DNA from: Dehalococcoidia bacterium
GTDB lineage: Bacteria; Chloroflexota; Dehalococcoidia; Lucifugimonadales; VXLM01
NCBI GenBank assembly: GCA_963662435.1
Contig: OY759598.1
Location: 3,690,507-3,754,506 of the forward strand
DNA: 64,000 bases
Direction: 5' to 3'
The position numbers were made by a program, and so were the translations under genes. A model generated the notes under the pieces. The model worked only from the letters and a program-made list of their open reading frames with translations. It had not been told where the DNA came from and searched no databases. Each line of letters opens with the position of its first letter. Positions within the stretch are counted from its first letter, which is position 1. Positions 57,095 through 64,000 of the stretch are shown piece by piece.

Positions 57095-57228
57095 GCGGGG
57101 TGTACGATCACCCTCACCCTCTCCCAGGACGGGAGAGGGGATAAGTCAGGTGGCACAGAGTGAGGAGATAGATTGGGAGGGCGAAGAAAGTGGAGAGTAG
57201 AGGGTAGCTCGGTAATACCGCTTTTCTT

Positions 57229-57318
57229 TGTCATTTTGAGCGAATCGAGGGATCTGAAATATGTGCCTTCGCGACGACTTTAGATTCTTCACTCCGCTCC
57301 GCTACGTTCAGAATGACA
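57229..57318. repeat. 90-bp MITE/REP-like element
   Basis: Imperfect terminal inverted repeats TGTCATTTTGAGCG / CGTTCAGAATGACA. Confidence 0.65.
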
Positions 57319-57341
57319 GAATGTGAACACAATCTAGAGGG

Positions 57342-58598
57342 ATGGAGGGGTTTTCGTTGGGGGAAACACGGTTGCGGCTTGGGGTGATTGGGTTTGGCAG
57401 CAGGGCGGCGTCGGTGCTGTCGGCGCTGCGTCGCGTGTGTAGTGGGGTGCGGGTGGCGGCGGTGGCGGACCCGGACGGTGAGGGTGCGCGGCAGAGGTTA
57501 CGAGGCTTGGAGGCGTCGGAGCGGGAAACGGCGTTCTTCGGTGAAGCGGAGGAGCTGCTGGGTCATGCGGGTGACCTCGACGCGCTGCTGATAGGGACGC
57601 GGTGCAATATCCACACGCCGGTGGCGGTGATGGCAGCAGAGACGGGGCTTCCGCTGTATCTCGAAAAGCCGGTTGCCATCTCGCACGAGCAGATCGTCGC
57701 GCTCCGTGACGCCTACCGTGGTCGCGAGAAGTCGGTGGTGGTGTCGTTTCCGATGCGAGTGACTCCGCTGTTTCGCAAGGTGATGGAGCTGGTCGAGAGT
57801 GGTCGTTTGGGGGTGGTGAACCAGGTGCAGGCGGTCAACTACGTGCCGTACGGTGGGGTCTACTATGCGCGGGAGACGTATCGCGATTTCGAGGTGACGG
57901 GGGGGATGTGGCTGCAGAAGGCGACGCACGATTTTGATTATCTCAACGCGCTGCTGGGGGTCCCGGCGGCGGTCTCCGCGGTGATGACGCGCATGGCATA
58001 CGGTGGCGAGATGCCACATAACCTGCGGTGCTCGGAGTGCGACCTTGCAGGGACGTGCTTGGAGAGTCCGCAGGGTGTTGCGCGTCGGGGCGACGACGGG
58101 GGAGTCGGGACGGGTGACCACCTGTGCGTGTTCGGGGACGGCATCGAGCTGCAGGACGCGGGTGCGGCCCTGATAGGGTATGAGGGGGGCGCTCACGCGA
58201 GCTACACGCAGAATTTCCTTTCCAGGCGGTCTGCGGCGTCTCGGGGGGCGACGGTCACGGGGTATGAGGGGACGTTGTCGTTCGACTGGTTCAAGGGCAG
58301 CGTCAGCGTGGTGGACCATCATCGCGACCGGGTAGAGTCGTTCGAGGTCAAGGTGACGTCGGGGCATCTCGGCGGCGACGAGGTGCTGGCGCGGAACTTC
58401 GTGGATGTGTGCCTTGGGCGGGACGAGTCGCGAACCGATCTGTCGTCGGGTCTGCTGAGCGCGGCGATGTGTTTGTCTGCCCGCGAGTCGGCGCACTCGC
58501 AGAGGTGGACGCCTGTGGGGGACGTCTATTCGGAGGGGTATCCTGATCGCGAGGTCGCGGTCGAGCCGACGCCAGGGAATGTGGAGCGGGGAGTGTAG
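57342..58598 (+). CDS. Gfo/Idh/MocA family oxidoreductase
   Basis: LGVIGFG, LEKP, KATHDFD and GHLGGD motifs. Confidence 0.92.
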   Translation: MEGFSLGETRLRLGVIGFGSRAASVLSALRRVCSGVRVAAVADPDGEGARQRLRGLEASERETAFFGEAEELLGHAGDLDALLIGTRCNIHTPVAVMAAETGLPLYLEKPVAISHEQIVALRDAYRGREKSVVVSFPMRVTPLFRKVMELVESGRLGVVNQVQAVNYVPYGGVYYARETYRDFEVTGGMWLQKATHDFDYLNALLGVPAAVSAVMTRMAYGGEMPHNLRCSECDLAGTCLESPQGVARRGDDGGVGTGDHLCVFGDGIELQDAGAALIGYEGGAHASYTQNFLSRRSAASRGATVTGYEGTLSFDWFKGSVSVVDHHRDRVESFEVKVTSGHLGGDEVLARNFVDVCLGRDESRTDLSSGLLSAAMCLSARESAHSQRWTPVGDVYSEGYPDREVAVEPTPGNVERGV

Positions 58599-58830
58599 GA
58601 GGGGGATTTACCACAGAGGGCACGGAGATCACAGAGTTTAGGAGAGATACAGGGTGATTGGGAGTTTCTGACACACGTGCCCGGCTCAGGGTAAACGGGG
58701 TGTTGTCTGCAGGATCAGGGTAAATGGGGTCCTTTCGGATGTCCTCTTGCGGGTTGGGGAACAAATTGCTGCCGGTCGTCGTCTAGACGTTATACAGGTC
58801 AGATGAGACGTCGTTGGGGAGGAGGCGCCG

Positions 58831-59988
58831 ATGGTAGTCATTGTCAAGATCGTATTGCTTAATGTCGTTGCCGTCTCACTCGTTGGGCTCGTGGTGGCGT
58901 CCTGCGGGGATGATCCGGGGCCCGGCAACGCGACGTTGGAAGTGCCGTCGGGGAAGAGTCCGAATGCGTCGGTGAGCGGCACGGTGACGTACCGTGAGCG
59001 GCTGGCACTGTCTCCCGGGGCCAAGCTGGTGGTGTCGTTGCGAGATGTGTCACTCCAGGACGCGGCGGCGCCGCTGATTGCGCGGCAGACCATCGAAGGC
59101 CCTGGGCAGGTGCCGATCAAGTTCAAGGTGGAGTACAGCCGCGACGACATCGACTCGCGGAACACGTACGGGATAAGCGCGAGGATCATCGAGTCGGACG
59201 GTCGGCTGGCGTTCACGAACGATACGGCATATGACGTGATCACGGGCGGAAATCCGAGCAAGGTGGACATGGTGCTGGTGCTGGTGGAGCCGCCGCCCGA
59301 CCAGGTCGTGGAGGGGACGGACTGGCGGCAGTGGGTGGAGGTCCCGGCGCGGGTGATTGGGGCCCACCTGATACCGAACGAGCGGGAAGCCTTCCTCCGA
59401 ATCGCCTTCTACCAGTCGACCGTCGAGAATTGTGCGCGCCCCGGCAGCCAGAGCCTGAAGGTGGAGGGGAACAGGATCATCGCGACGCTGACGCTCATGC
59501 AGCCTCCGCCGACTTCGTGGGCGATTCCGTGCGACGAGCAGGTGATCGAACTGGACGCGGTGGAACCAATCACGGCGACGCTCGAGGCGGGGGAGAGGTA
59601 CCGTGTGATTGTGAACGAAACATTGGTGACTACGTTCAGCGTGCCGAGGGAGAGCCTTCGCTACAGCTTCATTGACCAGTCGCCGATCGTAAGTGCGGAA
59701 ATTGCGGTGTTGGAGAGCGCGCCGCCCCAGTACCATCTGAACGTCGCATCCCGTCTGCCTGCGGGCAGCAACTGCTCACAGTTTGACGGCTATGAAATCC
59801 AGAGGAGAGAGACGCACGAGATCGAGGTGGTCATCACGCACTACCAGGTGTCGAATCAACAGGCGGTATGTACGAGGGACTATCCCCTGGTGGAGACAGT
59901 CGTCCCCCTGGGTTCCGACTTCGAGTCGGGGGAGAAGTACACGGTAAGGGTGAATTCGGATACGGTCACGTCGTTTGTGGCGCAGTAG
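58831..59988 (+). CDS. YbaY-family lipoprotein with two additional C-terminal repeats
   Basis: Lipobox VASC; VSGTVTYRERLAL..DVSLQDA..GQVPI YbaY motif; two Cys-pair domains ending GERYRVIVN and GEKYTVRVN. Confidence 0.85.
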   Translation: MVVIVKIVLLNVVAVSLVGLVVASCGDDPGPGNATLEVPSGKSPNASVSGTVTYRERLALSPGAKLVVSLRDVSLQDAAAPLIARQTIEGPGQVPIKFKVEYSRDDIDSRNTYGISARIIESDGRLAFTNDTAYDVITGGNPSKVDMVLVLVEPPPDQVVEGTDWRQWVEVPARVIGAHLIPNEREAFLRIAFYQSTVENCARPGSQSLKVEGNRIIATLTLMQPPPTSWAIPCDEQVIELDAVEPITATLEAGERYRVIVNETLVTTFSVPRESLRYSFIDQSPIVSAEIAVLESAPPQYHLNVASRLPAGSNCSQFDGYEIQRRETHEIEVVITHYQVSNQQAVCTRDYPLVETVVPLGSDFESGEKYTVRVNSDTVTSFVAQ

Positions 59989-60119
59989 GGGTGGGGGCTT
60001 GTTGAGGAAGCGGTGAGGAACTGGGGCATGCTGGCCGGGGTGGTGTGGCGTTTGCGACCTGACCATGCTTGTGCTTCAATGAATTGAACGGTGCCCATGG
60101 CGGCGCCCTTCGAGGTCAT

Positions 60120-60803
60120 GTGCTCCTCAATAAGTCTTTTCTCAGGCGAATTACTCGTGCAAGGCACGTCCTGTTCGTCCTCTGCGTGATGGCTGCCGTT
60201 GTGTCGGCAGGCTGTTTCGGGCCGTCGGAAGAGGAGTTGTCGAGGGAGCACTTCGAGCTCGGACTGCAGTTTGAGGAGAACGGGAGCTACGTTCGCGCAC
60301 GCGAGGAGTACACGCAGGCGATACGTCGCGACCGACAGTTTACGGATGCCTACGTAGCGCAGGGCAGGGTACTCTTCCAGACCAGCAACTTTCGCGCGTC
60401 GATGGCGATCGTCGATGAGGCGCTGAGGCTGGACGAGGGTCACGTGGAGGCGCACAACGTGCGTGGTCTCGTCTCGATGTACACAGGCGACAGCGAGTCG
60501 GCGATTCTCAGCTTCACGCGCGCCATTGAGCTCGATCCGAAGTACGCGGAGGCCTACCACAATCGCGCGCAGGTGAACGTTCAGGACAACAACGCGGACT
60601 CGGCGCTGGAGGACCTGTCGAAGGTCATCGAGCTGGAGCCGTTCGAGCCGCGCTACTACGTGGAGAGGGCGCGGCTGTACGCCTTCCTCGACGAAACAGA
60701 CAGGGCACTGAGGGACCTCGAACGCGTGCTGGAAGTGACGCAGGACGAGGAGTACACGACACCGGCACGTCGCATGATGGAGAATCTCCGGCAAGCGCCC
60801 TGA
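60120..60803 (+). CDS. Tetratricopeptide-repeat lipoprotein
   Basis: SAGC lipobox; TPR motifs such as AIELDPKYAEAYHNRA; start uncertain. Confidence 0.85.
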   Translation: MLLNKSFLRRITRARHVLFVLCVMAAVVSAGCFGPSEEELSREHFELGLQFEENGSYVRAREEYTQAIRRDRQFTDAYVAQGRVLFQTSNFRASMAIVDEALRLDEGHVEAHNVRGLVSMYTGDSESAILSFTRAIELDPKYAEAYHNRAQVNVQDNNADSALEDLSKVIELEPFEPRYYVERARLYAFLDETDRALRDLERVLEVTQDEEYTTPARRMMENLRQAP

Positions 60804-60903
60804 TGCGGGGATTGCACTTTTGATGCGGGGCCGCTCGCCGGGCCCGCCGTTGGTTTGCCATTGAGCGGTACTTGCACGTATAGTTCACAGCCTGTCTCGA
60901 CCT

Positions 60904-62187
60904 GTGAAAGGACCGAGAGCTTTGGTGAGTGAACAGCAAGGCTTGGACGTTGCCAGCCGGCCGGGTGGACGCGACCTTTTCTGGCTCGTCCTGCTGTCGA
61001 TCTCGCTGTTCATCGCCCTGCTGCCGATCGCCAGCTACGTCGCGGCGCTCTCGGCCATCAAGGAAGAGCTAGGACTCAACAACGCCGGCGCCGGGGCGCT
61101 CTTTTCGGCATACCTGGCGGGGTACGCGGCATCCGCGCTCTATCTCATACCGTTGACCGACCGGATTGGGCCGAAGCGCATCATGTACGTGTCGGCGGCG
61201 GTGGCGGTCGCGGCGCAACTGCTCTTCCCCCTGACGACCTATAACGTCTTCGTGGGCGTCGTGCTTCGCGCCATCGCGGGGGTGGGATTTCTCGGGATCT
61301 ACATACCGGGGCTGCGACTCGTTGCGAGGCGCTTCGAGCGGAGCGGGCGGGGTTCCGCCATGGGTCTGTTCGTGACGGCGCAGTACGCGTCGCACAGCGG
61401 TTCGCTGGCGCTGACGGGGTGGCTCATGGCGTCGATGGAGTGGCGTGACGCCTACACGCTCGTGGCGGCGTTGTCGGCACTGAGTCTGCCCCTCATGTTC
61501 TTACTGATACGTTCAGTTCCAGACACGCACGGACCCCTCGCAGGCGGGAAGCTCGACCCGACGGTGCTCAAGAGCAGTCCCGTGCAGTTCGTGATACTTG
61601 GCTATACGGTGCATGCGTTGAACCTCTACGCCCTCAGAGTCTGGCTGCCGGTCTTCCTCGTGTCAATCCTGGTAGCTAGGGGAGTCTCGGAGGGGAATGC
61701 CGTTGTTACCGCGGCGGAGGTGGGAGGCCTGGCACTCGCGTTCGGCGCGGTTGGTCCCGTCATGGGAGGGGCGATATCCGACCGGCTCGGACGGATTACG
61801 GCGGCCTCGCTCATCCTCGGCCTTGCCGCCCTGTGCGCGTTGGGGTTCGCGTGGATAGGGCACTGGCCATGGGGAGTGGTCGTTGCGGCGAGCGTCGTAT
61901 TTGGATGGGCGGCGTCGGCGGACTCGGCGATCTACCAGACGGGCATCACCGAGGTGGCCGACCCGAGGCGCCTGGGATCGACGATGGCCCTTCAGGCATC
62001 GCTGGGTCTACTGGGAGGGGTGATCGGCCCGGTGCTGTTCGGAGGCATCCTGGACGTTGCGGGGGGCGAGTACAAGTGGGTGTTCGCCTTCTCCACGCTC
62101 GGCGTGCTCGCGGCTATTGCGATAGTGGGACTCCGTCGAGTGGGGTCGGTGACGAATTTTCGACGACCGGGTCAGGAGGGGACGTAG
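60904..62187 (+). CDS. MFS transporter
   Basis: LTDRIGPK and ISDRLGR motifs, about 12 hydrophobic helices. Confidence 0.92.
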   Translation: MKGPRALVSEQQGLDVASRPGGRDLFWLVLLSISLFIALLPIASYVAALSAIKEELGLNNAGAGALFSAYLAGYAASALYLIPLTDRIGPKRIMYVSAAVAVAAQLLFPLTTYNVFVGVVLRAIAGVGFLGIYIPGLRLVARRFERSGRGSAMGLFVTAQYASHSGSLALTGWLMASMEWRDAYTLVAALSALSLPLMFLLIRSVPDTHGPLAGGKLDPTVLKSSPVQFVILGYTVHALNLYALRVWLPVFLVSILVARGVSEGNAVVTAAEVGGLALAFGAVGPVMGGAISDRLGRITAASLILGLAALCALGFAWIGHWPWGVVVAASVVFGWAASADSAIYQTGITEVADPRRLGSTMALQASLGLLGGVIGPVLFGGILDVAGGEYKWVFAFSTLGVLAAIAIVGLRRVGSVTNFRRPGQEGT

Positions 62188-62193
62188 CGCAGG

Positions 62194-62223
62194 TTGACAC
62201 TCAAGGGCCGTCGCTCCTAGACT
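62194..62223 (+). promoter_or_regulatory. sigma70-like promoter
   Basis: TTGACA (62194-62199), 18-nt spacer, TAGACT (62218-62223). Confidence 0.65.
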
Positions 62224-62425
62224 GTCGGCAACCGACAACCGCCACCCTAAACTGAGTCGCCATATGGCGAGATTTCGCACAACCGGCCGGGCGACGTGGG
62301 GAGTTGGAATCAACGTAGTTCAACCCCAGTCTTCCCCACGCTGAATTCCGGCCCCGAATAAGGATACCGGGCAGACACTTCGCCGGCAGGACGGAAGTGC
62401 AGAAACCTCGTCTGCGAGAGAGGGG

Positions 62426-63274
62426 ATGCTTATGGTTAGGTCAAGGATCCGCAGCGTAATTGTAGTTTTTGCCGCAATGGTCGCGGCGTTCAGCACTGTG
62501 AGTGCGTGTGCTCCGGAGCAGGAGAGCCCCCTGGAGTTCGGCGCGCGGGCAACAGCAAAGGCCGCCACACCGACACCGACGCCGCTTCCTGACGAGCCGA
62601 CGGCAACGCCGATACCGGCAGAGGAGATGGAGCGTGTCGCCCAGGAACGTTCGGACACGTACCTCGACGCCCTTTACGAGCCGACAGAGGGCACGGTGCG
62701 CATGGGAATGTGGGATGAAAAGCGCGTCCTGCTCGACAGCCACCTGGTGGGGTATATCATCGTCTACGGCTACGACTACACGATCGAGTTGGTCGAGACG
62801 ACAGTAGAGGAGTATCCCGGACTGCTGGAGACAGGGGAGCTGGACATCGTCCTACAGACCTCTCCGGACGTGGGCGATTGGCTGGCTGAACGCTCGGAGG
62901 AAGGCGCGGTGCTCGACCTCGGCACGATGGTCGAATCGACACCGGGAACGCGCATCGTCGTGCATGGAAGGCTGGACGAGCGCGCTCCTGAGATCGTGGG
63001 TTTTCTTGAGTCGATCACGGTGGACGAAGAGGTATTCGACTCGGCCGCGAAGAGGATTACCGGCGGAAGGCTGGGGATCAACCCTAATGTTGCTTCATTG
63101 ATCGTTCTCAAGAACAACGAAGAACTCTGGTCTGAGTGGACTCCGCCTGAGGTCGTGGAAAAGGTCAAGGCCGCGATAGAGGGGGGCAAGAGCGACCTCC
63201 AGAACCGCAAGTGCATACCGACCGGAGGCGGGGGCACGACGCCGAACTGCCGCGGGTGGACTGGTGATGGTTGA
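62426..63274 (+). CDS. Lipoprotein resembling a shortened glycine-betaine (OpuAC-type) substrate-binding protein
   Basis: VSAC lipobox; YIIVYGYDY..E, GELDI, APEIVGFL and W.EW.P..V..KV segments. Confidence 0.65.
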   Translation: MLMVRSRIRSVIVVFAAMVAAFSTVSACAPEQESPLEFGARATAKAATPTPTPLPDEPTATPIPAEEMERVAQERSDTYLDALYEPTEGTVRMGMWDEKRVLLDSHLVGYIIVYGYDYTIELVETTVEEYPGLLETGELDIVLQTSPDVGDWLAERSEEGAVLDLGTMVESTPGTRIVVHGRLDERAPEIVGFLESITVDEEVFDSAAKRITGGRLGINPNVASLIVLKNNEELWSEWTPPEVVEKVKAAIEGGKSDLQNRKCIPTGGGGTTPNCRGWTGDG

Positions 63275-63304
63275 TTGACCGGTGGTCACTGCAAGAGACG
63301 GCGC

Positions 63305-64000
63305 ATGAACGCAATTGAGCTTGATGGCTTGTCGAAGACGTTCAGGCGTCGGGGTTCGGAGCCGGTGCATGCCGTCGTCGATCTGAGTCTTTCCATACCC
63401 CGTGGTCAGATATTCGGCTTTCTTGGTCCGAACGGCGCGGGCAAGACGACCACCATCAAGATGATGTGTGGGGTCGTCATCCCTGATGCCGGAAACGTCA
63501 CGCTCCTCGGCCACGACGTGCGGCGAGACCGGGCGGCCGCGATGCGTCAGATCGGCGTGGTGCTCGAGGGGGCACGGACCGTCTACTGGCGGCTCTCGGC
63601 CATGGAAAACCTGATGTACTTCGGAAGGTTGAAGGGCATCCGGGGCAAGTATCTCAAGCCGAGAGGGGAGCGGCTGCTGAAGGAGCTGGACCTCTGGGCC
63701 AGGAGGAACGACGACGTTCGTGAGTTCTCTCGAGGGATGCAGCAGAAGGTAGCCATCGCAGCGGCGCTCATGTCCGATCCTCCGATTGTATTGCTCGACG
63801 AGCCCACGCTGGGTCTGGACGTCGAGTCGGCCCGGACGGTCCGAGAGTGGGTCTCGCGACTTGCCAAAGAGGAGAACAAAACCGTCCTGCTTACGACGCA
63901 CCAGTTGACGATGGCCCAGGAGCTCTGCGACCGCGTCGCCATCATCAACGAGGGCCGCCTCATCGCGGACCGTACTGTCGGAGACCTGTTGTCTCTGTTT
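63305..64000 (+). CDS. ABC transporter ATP-binding protein, runs off the window edge
   Basis: Not in the ORF track. Hand translation MNAIELDGLSKTF...FLGPNGAGKTTT...FSRGMQQK...LLDEPTLGLD...TTH. Confidence 0.93.
   Translation, partial: MNAIELDGLSKTFRRRGSEPVHAVVDLSLSIPRGQIFGFLGPNGAGKTTTIKMMCGVVIPDAGNVTLLGHDVRRDRAAAMRQIGVVLEGARTVYWRLSAMENLMYFGRLKGIRGKYLKPRGERLLKELDLWARRNDDVREFSRGMQQKVAIAAALMSDPPIVLLDEPTLGLDVESARTVREWVSRLAKEENKTVLLTTHQLTMAQELCDRVAIINEGRLIADRTVGDLLSLF

Noticed and set aside
62230..62425. SRP RNA, 6S RNA or c-di-AMP riboswitch
   Set aside because: Only fragmentary resemblance (CAGGACGGAAG, GCTGAAT); the full consensus elements could not be found by eye.
227..63963. Numerous long overlapping ORFs in the track (e.g. 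227..1375, 5840..6976, 6705..7874, 17920..19191, 35632..36663, 57498..58496, 63095..63901)
   Set aside because: They are antisense or off-frame shadows of well-supported genes, expected in GC-rich DNA, and carry no recognisable motifs.

Overview
A GC-rich bacterial chromosomal segment. Gene content and the intergenic repeat families are consistent with Chloroflexota (Dehalococcoidia/SAR202-like); this is an inference, not a database result. Most of the window is housekeeping and catabolic genes: comB-like phosphatase, ispH, nadE, glnS, mutS, thrC, PLP enzymes, an alpha-less Na+-translocating decarboxylase cluster, a NuoEFG/Fdh-like cluster, Xdh-family genes, peptidases, transporters and lipoproteins. 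Accessory structures are: (1) a 130-bp tandem array (7 full + 2 partial units, about 4684-5740) behind a well-spaced sigma70-like promoter; (2) a HEPN/MNT toxin-antitoxin pair and an orphan antitoxin-like remnant overlapping the glnS start; (3) a complete IS5-family element (39133-40326, TTAA duplication) that splits a reconstructable 167-codon gene; (4) a second repeat tract with nine copies of a 17-mer (53669-54172); (5) a locus where only the first ~60 and last ~28 codons of what looks like a large type IIG-like restriction-modification gene survive. Its interior is occupied by a ~2.4-kb lower-GC cassette: an unknown 217-aa protein plus an XRE-HTH/ImmA-IrrE metallopeptidase, with a divergent 75-aa two-helix membrane protein behind a structured leader, all around a palindromic control region. 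Items 5 and 1 are the best candidates for undescribed systems. No rRNA, tRNA, CRISPR array or cas gene was recognised.
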